NCBI GenBank assembly: GCA_963746775.1
Contig: CAVVCK010000002.1
Span: 139,571 to 203,570, forward strand
DNA length: 64,000 nt
Reading direction: 5' to 3'
From: an uncultured bacterium
GTDB lineage: Bacteria; Patescibacteriota; JABMPQ01; CAVVCK01
Part shown: positions 22,359 to 32,700 of the stretch, one piece after another
Layout of the letters: every line of letters starts with the position of its first letter
How positions within the stretch are numbered: the first letter of the stretch is position 1
The notes under the pieces: model-generated
The model's input: only the letters and a program-made list of their open reading frames with translations
Told to the model about the DNA's origin: nothing
The model's database searches: none
Position numbers and translations under genes: made by a program

Positions 22359-22688
22359 TTATAGATCTATCCGAAACTCCTTCCCATGATCGCTAAATCC
22401 TAATTTTTCATAAAGCCCATGAACTTTTTCTTTTTCGTACCTGCTTGTACAAACTAATTTATAACAATTATTTTCTTTAGCTTTTTTAATTATTTCATTG
22501 ACTAATCTTTTACCAATTCCCTTACCTCGAAAATCTTCATTAACAAAAACATCTTCCATAAACCCAAAAGGTTTCTCGTGTAAATCGTTGTAAAGCAAAT
22601 ATAAATAAGCTCGGCCAATATTTTTACCGTCTTGTTCTGCAACGATTTTAATTCCCTTACGATCTTTATTTTCAAATTTTATATTCAT
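22359..22688 (-). CDS. GNAT acetyltransferase
   Basis: EDVFVNEDFRGKGIG, LYEKLGF. Confidence 0.9.
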   Translation of the reverse strand: MNIKFENKDRKGIKIVAEQDGKNIGRAYLYLLYNDLHEKPFGFMEDVFVNEDFRGKGIGKRLVNEIIKKAKENNCYKLVCTSRYEKEKVHGLYEKLGFSDHGKEFRIDL

Positions 22689-22890
22689 AAATTAATTTAT
22701 TTACTCTTATAATTTAGCATATTTTAAATATTTAGAAAATACAAGATTTCTTGACTTTTGTTTTTACGCTAATGTTCTTTATATAGGCAGGATAATATAG
22801 ATAAAAATCCTCTTTTCTTTAAAACAAGGTCATTTTTCTCATCTTTTCATTCTGTTCTTAACTTTCGACATATTTTTTCTATCAATTTGC

Positions 22891-22918
22891 TTGACATCAA
22901 TATATATATTTATATAAT
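22891..22918 (+). promoter_or_regulatory. Consensus sigma70 promoter
   Basis: TTGACA-16 nt-TATAAT followed by boxA-like TGTTCTTT (22930-22937). Confidence 0.75.
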
Positions 22919-22924
22919 AATAAA

Positions 22925-23441
22925 GTTATTGTTCTTTCCATAATCATAGGCCGAAAGGCCTTAAATAGACGAGATAAAAATCTTTTTTATTTAAGACCTT
23001 TTCGGTCATAAATTTCTCTGGTATTAGCTTGGGTGCTGTATCTTTTGGACCCTTCGGGGGCAAGACGTACTTCTCTTCATGAGAAAACGCCATCCGGCTA
23101 GTATCAGAGAATTAATTTTCCTAAAGTCTGTGAGCTAGAATGAGTGCTGGTGATGATCAGGCCGTTCAAAAAAAGCTTAAGACAATAGGAGAAAGTCTCT
23201 AAGATTTTCGTATTTTGTTGGGATTTTCCCAGGAAAAATTACGGAGATTAAGGAGACACATCGCGAGGCAGTAGCGGAAGAGAAAGGAAGAGGTCAGAGG
23301 AGGCCTGTTTGGCTCCCTCACTCTCAAACCTTCAAAGGTGGAATCTCTCGACTTCTGCTGCCTCGCATTTTCTTTTGCCTATTTATAAAAATAGCCAGAA
23401 GAATTATAAAAACCCTTTATTTAAAAAGGGTTTTTATAATT
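22925..23441 (+). ncRNA. Candidate large structured ncRNA (unassigned)
   Basis: No credible ORF; about 8 consecutive stems, several GC-rich, between a promoter and a terminator palindrome (23402-23441). Confidence 0.55.
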
Positions 23442-23482
23442 GGAAAATTGTTTTATTAGATAAAATATTTTATAATATTAAC

Positions 23483-23660
23483 AACGTTCTTTTTATTAGC
23501 CACCATGGCCATAAATATTTATAAATTATTATAGCTATCTACGGCCATGGTGGCCACTCCCTCCTGGTTTATTCCCGCTACCCCATAACTGTCTTACAAA
23601 AAAATCAATAAAAAAGAAAACAAACTTGGGATGCCGGAAAAGAAACCAGGAGGGATCCAA
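23483..23660 (+). ncRNA. Second candidate structured ncRNA
   Basis: TTGTTT-17-TATAAT (23448-23476), then GTTCTTT, then stems 23499-23510/23543-23554 and 23558-23570/23643-23655. Confidence 0.45.
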
Positions 23661-23695
23661 TTTATATCAACATAGTAAAGTATAAATAAATTTAT

Positions 23696-24856
23696 CTATA
23701 AAAATTTATTTATACTTCTTAAATTTTCAACAATCTCTTCTGCCAACTTCTGCCCGATATCTTTTATTTTCAATATTCCGTTCAGTCCTTCTTTTTTATA
23801 AATTACATCTAATCCTTCTTCTAATTCTTCCAAATTCCAAGCAGCTTTTCTATAAGCCCACTCTCTATATTTCATATTACCTGCAATTTGCATTTCTCTA
23901 GCTTTTAAATAAAATTTAGAAGCTATTTTTTTATTTATTTGTAAATCTTTTGGATAATAATTAACTTCTCTTAAAATATAATTTCTAATTTCATATTTCT
24001 TACAATATTTTTGAACCAGCTTATGTACTTTTATTGAATAATCACTAAATTCTTTTTCATTACTATATAAGTTTTTATATTTCAAAACTAAATCAGACTT
24101 ATATTTCTCTAATATTTTATAATAATAAGTTCCGCAATATCCCCATAGGGTCAGTCCCCCATCTAGAATATATTGCCCTCCGCTCTCTTTAGTTTTTGCA
24201 ACTACTTCTTCTATATTTTCTTCTGTATCATATATAAATGGCAAGATAGGCATAAAAACTGTGCCAGTAAATATATCCGCATCAGCTAACTTTTTCATAG
24301 CTTCAAAGCGAGAAGTTACCGAAGGAGATTTTGGTTCGAATATTCTTTTCACTTGATCATCCCTGGTAGTAATAATAGACCAACCAATATTTAAATAAGA
24401 TGCTTTAGATATTTTTTTTAATAATTCTAAATCTTCTAATAAATCAGGTGATTTTTCATTAAGAAAAACCGGAAATTTATGCTTTAGACAAATTTCTAAT
24501 AGTTTTCTAACTAATTTATATTCTCTATCAATATTTAAATAACCAGTCAGATAAATCAAATCTTTTTCTCTTCTTGGTAATATTCTATCTAATAGTTCCG
24601 GCGCATTTATTTTTATTTTTATATATTGTGAAAAAGGATCTTCTAAATTCTGAATCTCCGGATCAGCTGCTGCTCTGGAATTTTTATAAGGATTATATTT
24701 TTCATCTCTTTCATAGCAATAGCTACATCCCCATTCGCAACCCATATAAGGAGAGACAGAATATTTAGTCCAAAACCAACCGCCATCAACATGTTTTTGA
24801 GTATTTAGAATAGTTTTGGGTTTATATTCTTGGTAGATTATTTTTTTGCTTTTCAT
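23696..24856 (-). CDS. Radical SAM protein (spore-photoproduct-lyase-like) with C-terminal HhH domain
   Basis: PYMGCEWGCSYCY, FEP.SPS..RF, PILPFI.D; C-terminal AYRKAAW..IKDIGQKLAEEI. Confidence 0.8.
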   Translation of the reverse strand: MKSKKIIYQEYKPKTILNTQKHVDGGWFWTKYSVSPYMGCEWGCSYCYERDEKYNPYKNSRAAADPEIQNLEDPFSQYIKIKINAPELLDRILPRREKDLIYLTGYLNIDREYKLVRKLLEICLKHKFPVFLNEKSPDLLEDLELLKKISKASYLNIGWSIITTRDDQVKRIFEPKSPSVTSRFEAMKKLADADIFTGTVFMPILPFIYDTEENIEEVVAKTKESGGQYILDGGLTLWGYCGTYYYKILEKYKSDLVLKYKNLYSNEKEFSDYSIKVHKLVQKYCKKYEIRNYILREVNYYPKDLQINKKIASKFYLKAREMQIAGNMKYREWAYRKAAWNLEELEEGLDVIYKKEGLNGILKIKDIGQKLAEEIVENLRSINKFL

Positions 24857-25544
24857 ATAATTTTTTTAATCGATCTTGAATTATTTTACTTTGCAATTCT
24901 TTTAAAGCATCTGTAGCAATCCACTTTGCAGTTTTATTTTCAATTTTCTCAATTTCTCGAGCAAACTTTATAGCTTCCCTATTTAAATTTAAATTTTTCT
25001 TGCCAATATTTCTTAGAGCCCAATTAACCGCCTTTCTAACAAAATTTCGATCATCAGTTACACCTTCTTTTATTATAGGGAAAAACTTTATAAAATAAGT
25101 ATCATTAGCCTCTTTATTATGCCAAGCTAAACAAGCAATTAAAGCATAAGCTGTTCTTTTTACAAATTCTTTGTCACTTTTATACCATTTATTTATTTTT
25201 TCTAAAGCATAAGATGTTTTCTCTAGTAAATTCATACACAACATATCACATACATCCCAATCCTGAATTTGTAATACCCATATATCTGCATCTTTGGATA
25301 TTAATTTTTTAGCATCACCTATAATAGAAGCTAGGATCATTGCCTCAGGAATTTTTGTCTCCCAAAGCTCAAGGGCTAAATTATGGTTTGTGCCAATTTC
25401 TTTGCCTATTTTCCTGATATTAGGTACTGAAACACCTAATCTACCCTTACCAGTTACACCAAAATTTTTGGAACTTTCAAAATATTTTTTGCTAGTTTTT
25501 GATTTTAGTTTATTTAAAACTTCTTCCAAATTATAATTTTTCAT
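24822..25544 (-). CDS. AlkD-like DNA alkylation repair protein
   Basis: LGVSVPNIRK, WDVCD, DDRNFVRKAVNWALRNIGK. Confidence 0.88.
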   Translation of the reverse strand: MKNYNLEEVLNKLKSKTSKKYFESSKNFGVTGKGRLGVSVPNIRKIGKEIGTNHNLALELWETKIPEAMILASIIGDAKKLISKDADIWVLQIQDWDVCDMLCMNLLEKTSYALEKINKWYKSDKEFVKRTAYALIACLAWHNKEANDTYFIKFFPIIKEGVTDDRNFVRKAVNWALRNIGKKNLNLNREAIKFAREIEKIENKTAKWIATDALKELQSKIIQDRLKKLYEKQKNNLPRI

Positions 25545-25644
25545 TTTATTTAATTATGGATTAACAAATTAAACATAGCGAAATTCGCGATTGAGTAGTA
25601 AAATAACAAATTTCGCTCCACTCAATTTGTCACTCCTATATTAT

Positions 25645-26385
25645 TTATTGAACTTTTTCTCTATCCTTTTTCTCCAATTTCTCCAAAGCTTTTCTCTTCA
25701 TCGTCCCTGAAAGTTTTTTACCCCCTTTAATTTGTTTTATTAAAAATTCACTGGCTATTTTAGAATGATATTTACCAATAGTTTTTAATCCCCAGCCAAT
25801 TCCTTTAACTACATCAATTTGCTTTTCTTCTATATAAGGCTCAACTAATTTTAAAAGTTTTTTAGTTTTTTGCGGATCATCAAGAACTCTTTTACTAAAA
25901 AAATGAATAGCTACTCCTACGCTTCTCCTGACCCATTTGTTTTCATCTTTTAGAAATTTTTTAAATACTAATAAAGTTTCATCGAAGTAATCAATCAAAG
26001 CATAACCCAAACTTCGCTCCCCAATAATATCACAAACATACCAAATATCACCTTCTATAATATATTCCCTACTTTTCTCCATTACTTTTTCGAAATGTTT
26101 ATCTAGAAAACCTATTAAAGCTCTGCCTGCTATCACATAAGAACCCATAGCATCATACTCAATTAATTTATCAAAAAATAAATAAAATTTATTATAATTT
26201 CCTTTGCCTTTCTCACCAATTGATTCCCCTATCTTGTCTAACTTAGCAAAAGCAATTTTATTATCTAAAATAGGCTTTAATATTTTTAAAGCCCGACTAT
26301 CTTTATTATTTAATACAAGATTAACTATTTCATCAGTAATTTTCTCGATTTCCTCTGGAGAAATTTTGGTCATATTTATTTTCAA
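25645..26385 (-). CDS. AlkD-like HEAT-repeat DNA alkylation repair protein
   Basis: WYVCD, ENKWVRR, VVKGIGWGLKTIGK. Confidence 0.8.
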   Translation of the reverse strand: MKINMTKISPEEIEKITDEIVNLVLNNKDSRALKILKPILDNKIAFAKLDKIGESIGEKGKGNYNKFYLFFDKLIEYDAMGSYVIAGRALIGFLDKHFEKVMEKSREYIIEGDIWYVCDIIGERSLGYALIDYFDETLLVFKKFLKDENKWVRRSVGVAIHFFSKRVLDDPQKTKKLLKLVEPYIEEKQIDVVKGIGWGLKTIGKYHSKIASEFLIKQIKGGKKLSGTMKRKALEKLEKKDREKVQ

Positions 26386-26458
26386 TATTATTGGAAATAT
26401 AATATAATATGTGTTATTGTATCATAGGTTAAAATAATTTAAATTAAAATAAATAAAT

Positions 26459-27583
26459 ATGGGAGAAAACAATAAATCCCACGAATTTCGTGGAAAAAGA
26501 GACTACAAAAAATATTATCTATTATTATTACCGCTAGCCTTGTTGTTCGGTTTCGTAGGTTATTGGCAAATAACTTCTACCCAAGGTAAAGAAGTAAAGT
26601 ACGAAACAAAAACAGTCAAAGAAGATACTCTGGAAATTAAAGTATCTGGATCCGGAACTATTGTTGCTCCTGAGAAAAAGGAAGTTAAGTCTGATATAAA
26701 TGGTACCATTGAGGAAATTTTAGTAAAAGAAGGTGACCAGGTAGAGAAGGACCAGGAATTATTAAAAATAAAAAACGATGAGCTAGATGCAATCAAAGCA
26801 GCTAAATGGGCTGAATATTTAAAAGCTGTTGAAGATTTGGATAAAATTAATGCCAATCCTGATGCTCTGCCAAGTGAAAAGAATTCAGGAGAAGCTAATA
26901 AAGAATCAGCTAAGTTAAATTATAATTTAGCTGAGGCAGCAGTAAATAAGAAGACCGTTAAATCGCCCATTGAAGGTACTATTACAAAATTGAACGCTAA
27001 AGTTGGTGATTCAATTAATATTGGCAACAGTTCAGAAAATAATACATTAGAAACAAATACTAATAAAGAAAATACTACTGTTCTATTATCAGTAGTAAAT
27101 TTAAAAAAATTAGAAGCTCAAATTGCCATAGATGAAAAAGATCTGCCAAAAGTAAGTATCAGCCAGGCAGCAACTCTAAGTCTAGACGCTCTAAAAGATA
27201 AAACATTGATTGGAGCAGTATCTAGTATTGAAAGTATTGGTAAAATTAATAAAAGCCAAGTTACTTATAATGTTAATATTGCTATTGAAGATCTGGGAGA
27301 AAATGTTATTAAACCAGGCATGAGCGTTAACGCTCTAATTAACATTAACAGAGAAAGAAATGTATTGCTAGTTCCTAATGATGCCTTAAAAAAAGAAGGA
27401 GATAGGTATTATGCCGAAGTATTAATTAATAACTCACCTCAAAAAAGAGTAATAAAGATAGGACTAAGCAATGAAAAATATACTCAAGTTTTAGACGGAT
27501 TAAAGTTAGGTGAGGAGGTTATAGTAGGCATGACAGAAAAAAATATGGAAAGTAATATTTTAAAGGCTATTAAGAATTTTTAA
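26459..27583 (+). CDS. Efflux periplasmic adaptor (HlyD/MacA family)
   Basis: N-terminal TM, VKEGDQV, KSPIEGTI, IKPGMSV, GLKLGEEV. Confidence 0.88.
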   Translation: MGENNKSHEFRGKRDYKKYYLLLLPLALLFGFVGYWQITSTQGKEVKYETKTVKEDTLEIKVSGSGTIVAPEKKEVKSDINGTIEEILVKEGDQVEKDQELLKIKNDELDAIKAAKWAEYLKAVEDLDKINANPDALPSEKNSGEANKESAKLNYNLAEAAVNKKTVKSPIEGTITKLNAKVGDSINIGNSSENNTLETNTNKENTTVLLSVVNLKKLEAQIAIDEKDLPKVSISQAATLSLDALKDKTLIGAVSSIESIGKINKSQVTYNVNIAIEDLGENVIKPGMSVNALININRERNVLLVPNDALKKEGDRYYAEVLINNSPQKRVIKIGLSNEKYTQVLDGLKLGEEVIVGMTEKNMESNILKAIKNF

Positions 27584-27697
27584 ACGGCTTATCTTATTTA
27601 AATAAAAAACCCAACAAACCGCTGGGTTTTTTTATTTTTTAATAATTAGACATTTATTTGCATCAATAGACATCACATTCCAAAAATAAACTTACTT

Positions 27698-27724
27698 AAA
27701 GACGAAACCTCAAGGTTTCGTCTT
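27698..27724. repeat. REP-like hairpin
   Basis: AAGACGAAACC-TCAA-GGTTTCGTCTT between convergent genes. Confidence 0.6.
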
Positions 27725-27779
27725 CGTAAAATATAGTTAGTTTTATTTTGAAATAATAGATCTATTTATGCTTGTAGCT

Positions 27780-28559
27780 TTAGAAATTCAAACATTGTAT
27801 CTCCTTTATTTTCCATTCTCCGTCCTGTTGTACTAATATAAAATTCCAAAATGGTTGAAAATCATCTGTTCCATATTTAGCATCTACCATAACATACGCA
27901 AACCCACCAGCCTCAATTTCAGAACTTATCATTACGTCATCCGGACCTTGTTGTATACAATAATTCAAAGGAACAAAACCATCACTATTATAATCTACCT
28001 TCATATTAATAGTTAAATGATCTTTGGCTACACTATCTTTATCACCTGCTGGACATTGCTGAGGTATAGTACCTAGAGTACAAGACATAAATTCCTCTAC
28101 TACTTCACTGGGCTTTTGTGTAGGTGTACTACCTGTTGTCTCTTGATCAGTAGTCGAATTATTTAAAGTATCATCTAATTTATCTTCTAGATTGTTTTTA
28201 ATTTCATCTTGTTTGTTTTTTAATTCTTCTTCACTTTTCTGTTGTAGCTCATCTAGTCCATTTATATTTTCTGTCCAGCCATCTTGAGCTTTATTAATTT
28301 CATCCTTAGCAACATTCAAGCCTTTTTTGACTAAAATATAGCCAACGATTCCAGCAGCTATAAGTAAAACAACGAAAATAACTAAACAGCCTAATAATAT
28401 TTTTACTCCTGTAGATTTTTTCTTTTTTGGGATTGCTGGTTGTGGTGAGGATTGCGATTGATTTGATTGAGCTTGGGGCTTAGCCTCTATTTTATTTCCG
28501 CATTTGCCGCAAAAACTTTTTCCCTTTTTAATTTCAACTCCACATTTTGAACATTTCAT
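27780..28559 (-). CDS. Zinc-ribbon single-pass membrane protein
   Basis: CSKCG..FCGKCG, one TM, exported C-terminal domain. Confidence 0.8.
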   Translation of the reverse strand: MKCSKCGVEIKKGKSFCGKCGNKIEAKPQAQSNQSQSSPQPAIPKKKKSTGVKILLGCLVIFVVLLIAAGIVGYILVKKGLNVAKDEINKAQDGWTENINGLDELQQKSEEELKNKQDEIKNNLEDKLDDTLNNSTTDQETTGSTPTQKPSEVVEEFMSCTLGTIPQQCPAGDKDSVAKDHLTINMKVDYNSDGFVPLNYCIQQGPDDVMISSEIEAGGFAYVMVDAKYGTDDFQPFWNFILVQQDGEWKIKEIQCLNF

Positions 28560-28619
28560 AGTTTAAATTATTAATAAAATATTTGTATATTTATGCATTC
28601 TTATTTTCAATTCAAAATT

Positions 28620-29600
28620 TTAACTTCTTGATTCTTTCTTTTTCTTAATTCTTCTTATAATTAATTTCACAATAATATACACAGCCACAATTACTGGTCC
28701 CAAGAAAATTATTACCCAAATTCCTACATTTATCAATCCTTGTAAAAATATAATCCAAGTTCGAAAAGCTTGCTTTAGTGTTTCATAAGGTTTCCATTCT
28801 TTAGTAGGGATATCTATTCTAGTTTCTTCACTTAAAGACACAGTGATAGTCGACATATCAGTTTGCCCTTCTAAATATTTTATTCTACCTTGAGTTGTTT
28901 CAATATAGCCTCGAACCACAGATAATTTTTCTGTAACTTTTAAAATATCCTCAACAGTGTCTGCTTTTTCTAAAATTGTTAAATATTGTTCTTCTTCGGC
29001 TTTATAATTCTTTAATTGTGCTTGTAAATCTGAATATTGTTCAGTCACATCTTGACCCGTTGAACTCTCGCTTTGTGTATCACCCAATTTTTTAATCTCA
29101 TTTATTGTCTCTTCATATCTGGTAACTGGAACTTTTAAAATAACTGTTCCCGATTGTGTTTCATCAGAACTAGTATATAAAGATGATGATAAAATAAAAC
29201 CATCTCTAGCTTTAGCTAGGTTAGTTAAACTAGTAACAGTGTTTCCCGCTTTTTCTACTTGTAAGCTTATATTACCAGTTTTAATAACTTTTTGTTCAGT
29301 TAATTCATCCTCACTATTATCTAAACTTGATCCAGCCGCTGTATTTGCTGGCATTGCTTCAGAAGAAATAGATTTCTCTTCCAAGTCCATTGGCATTGTA
29401 GTTCCCGTCCGACTTAAACTAGAATTAGATTCTAAACTGTTATAACTATAACCACTACCTGAAGAACTATATTGATTAGAAAAATAAACACCAACAATAA
29501 ACAATCCTATAACCAAACAAGCTGACACCGTCCCAGTTATTCCTAATATAATCCATAATTTCTTTTTTGATTTTTGTTTTGGAATTTGTGTTTCTGACAT
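28620..29600 (-). CDS. DUF4349-family protein
   Basis: KVIKTGNISLQV, DVTEQYSDL, STITVSLSE, C-terminal TM. Confidence 0.8.
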   Translation of the reverse strand: MSETQIPKQKSKKKLWIILGITGTVSACLVIGLFIVGVYFSNQYSSSGSGYSYNSLESNSSLSRTGTTMPMDLEEKSISSEAMPANTAAGSSLDNSEDELTEQKVIKTGNISLQVEKAGNTVTSLTNLAKARDGFILSSSLYTSSDETQSGTVILKVPVTRYEETINEIKKLGDTQSESSTGQDVTEQYSDLQAQLKNYKAEEEQYLTILEKADTVEDILKVTEKLSVVRGYIETTQGRIKYLEGQTDMSTITVSLSEETRIDIPTKEWKPYETLKQAFRTWIIFLQGLINVGIWVIIFLGPVIVAVYIIVKLIIRRIKKKKESRS

Positions 29601-29775
29601 TCTTTTATTTTATTATTTTATAATTATATTATAATCTATTTTTCGTTTGATTAATAGATCTAGCCACAGATTTAGCAGATTAAATTGCTAAATTAGTGAA
29701 TAGTTATTAATAGTTAGTAGTTGGACATTAATGCTTTATTTTTGATTCATGATTCTAAATTCTAGATTCTATCTC

Positions 29776-32700
29776 CTAATTCACCTCATACCAATTATCA
29801 ATAACCGCAATACCTACTCCATTTCTTAAACTTTTATCACCAAAGGCAAAGAAATTAGGCCAAGTTCTCCATTTGCCAGTAGACTCAAACGCTAGCACTT
29901 GGGGTCCATTAGATCCAATAGGTGAAATTAATATTTCATCCTTACCATCCAAATCAATATCTCCAGGAACATTTTTGAAATCACCTCTGATGTGCTGCTC
30001 ATACGCCCACCAGAAATTTTTACGATTGCCATCTTTATCAAAGACATTAATTTGAGATGAACCATTATTGGGAGTAGTATAGATCCTCTCCCCTATACCA
30101 GAAGGAGTAAGACCAGATTGCACACCTTCGCCATAAGCTGGAAAATATTCTTTTAAAGTTCCACCTACCGTATAGATATAAACATAAGGATCTGCTGGAC
30201 CATGGTTAGGTGCTACTAATATCTCCGAAGGGCCAGAATCATATTGAAATGTCCCTACGTTACAACCAACATTGCCAAAAGGCGCTGTGAAATCACCTAT
30301 TTTTTCCCAGTTATCAACTCCTTTTATATCTCTATAGATTCTAACATTTGGTGTTCGATCACCAGTTAAACAAGTGGCAATATCATCCGCATAACCATCG
30401 CCATCAAAATCACCAGCAGCCATTGATAAGCCATCTCTAATTGAACTATCAAAAACAAACATTTGTCCCAATAAATCTAAATCATTATCAGATTTTTGGG
30501 CCAATATTCTGGCTTGTGGTCCGCCATTTTTTAGAGCAAATATTACCATTGCATCTTTAAGTCCATTATTATTAGAATCAATAGAAACTATACCTGCTCC
30601 ACCTTTATAATTTGGTGGAAAAATATTATAAATCACTGATCCGGCAACATTACCTTGACGATCATAGGCTTGTAATTTAGATATTTCCCCCGGCCCTGAA
30701 GTAGTAATAATTTTAGGATCTATTGGTATATTTGTAATTGTGAAAGACCAGCTGCTTGATACTAAATTGTTATTATTATCAGCTGCTTCAATATTAACAA
30801 TTACTACCTCATTATAATCAAAATTTTCATCTGGATTTATACTTACCTCATAACCATTAGAATCATTAGGAGTCATAGTTATACTATATCCGGTTTGAAA
30901 AGTACTATTTACTATTACCTCTTCACTACTAATAGTTACGTGAATAGTAGCTGGATTTATACCAGCATTATCATCATTAATTGAAAATGTGATATTAGTA
31001 TCTTTAGCAATATCAGCAGCTCCATCAGCAGGATCTTGTCCGGTGATTTCAGGAGCATTAGTATCTCCACAACCAGGTATTACTCGATCGATACTACTAC
31101 ATTGTCCTCCTTGATTTATTTCAACTGACATTAAGGCTTGATTAGTCGCTACACAAGTAGTACTAGTTGATCCATATAAATCAGCACAAGCAGTATTAAG
31201 TGCATTATAGGCGCCATTAAAATCCATATTAGTAGTAAAATAATTAGTCAGGGCTCTATAAAAAATTTGTTCCATTTTATCACGTCCAATAGCACTTATT
31301 GTACAAGTATTATTAGTACCTCCTTCAGCCATTAAATAAGCAGCGTGGGAAATAACAGTACTATTATGATGGACACCACCATTATCATCATCACCACAAT
31401 ACATAAAATCACTATAAAATCTATCTGGCTGAGGACCAAGAATATCACTTACACTCTTCGGATCTGCTAAACTTCTAATAGGCCCTTGAAATGTTCCTGC
31501 ATTTATATTTTCACCCATTAACCAATTACCATCACCTGTCACATAATCCTCTACCTGAGCTCCAAAAATATCCGAATAAGCTTCATGTAATGCTCCTGAT
31601 TCATTTAAATAAGTAAGACCTCCGGGAATAGAATAATGAACTACCCCATGACTATACTCGTGAGCAGAGACATCTATGTCAACCATCCCATCACAAAAAT
31701 TAATCGAAAATCCATCGAAAAAGGCGTTTGGACAATCAAAAGCAGGATCAACCAAGGCTATTGGATCCAAATAAACCCAACCATCTGAATTTTCTACAGC
31801 GCTATAAGTCCCATCTCCTAATCCTCCCTGATTATTAGCTCCATTTCTGGAAAATCTTTCTTGAAAATAATTATAAGTAGAATTCATTATGCTATACAAA
31901 TTATCCGTATCTTTTAGCCCATAGATGGCATCTGGATTATTACCTCTGGCAGCTTGTCCTTCAGATCTTCCATAAATATAACCCATATAAAGAGTATCCA
32001 ACCCACAGCCAGCTCCGCCAGAATAAGGATAGTAATAACAATCTATTATCCTTCTATTTATATTGTAAGTTCCTGTAATTTGATAAACTAAACTTCCGCT
32101 ATGTGCATCTATATAAAAATATTCATGGCTTACCGGCTCCTTAATTAATTCTACTTCATAAACTAAATAATTCTTATTATCAGTCTTATTTTCAATAATC
32201 CCTTTATTAAATATTGTTAATTCATTCTTTAAAACTTTTACATTATTGGATGTTTTAAATTGTTTCTGCCAACTTTCCATAGCTTTATTCACCGCTTCTT
32301 CTTTTGATATATCGGGATTTGTATCTATATTAATATCAGGCACAATAATGCCATTAGCTGAAGAAATTTCTAGATTTTCTTTAACATGAACTGACATTTG
32401 TCCGGCAAAAACTGGAATATCTTTATATCTTTGGCTATACCAAAAATGTTTCATTCCTAAATTATCTTCTTTTTTATCTACTAACTTAGTTTCTTCTCTA
32501 GAATTACTTAAACCAAAATAACCACCATATTCAGCTACAAATTGATTAGCCATAGCTGCTGGTGTAAGATTTTCACTCGGATATTCTGCCAAAGTTATAC
32601 TTTGATTTTTACCTAAAGAATTAATAAAGGTTATTTTGCCGGTATTTTTATCCACAGCATATTCAAAATTATGCTTGTCTTTAAATTCTATCCCCTTGAT

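Noticed and set aside
22925-23660. RNase P, SRP or rRNA fragment; ORF 23309-23524
   Set aside because: No GAGGAAAGTCC or SRP GGAA-loop signature and no rRNA motifs; the ORF starts at TTG and crosses a terminator.
17610-30720. Diversity-generating retroelement behind the similar C-termini
   Set aside because: No reverse transcriptase in the window, and the differences are not adenine-specific; ordinary paralogy.
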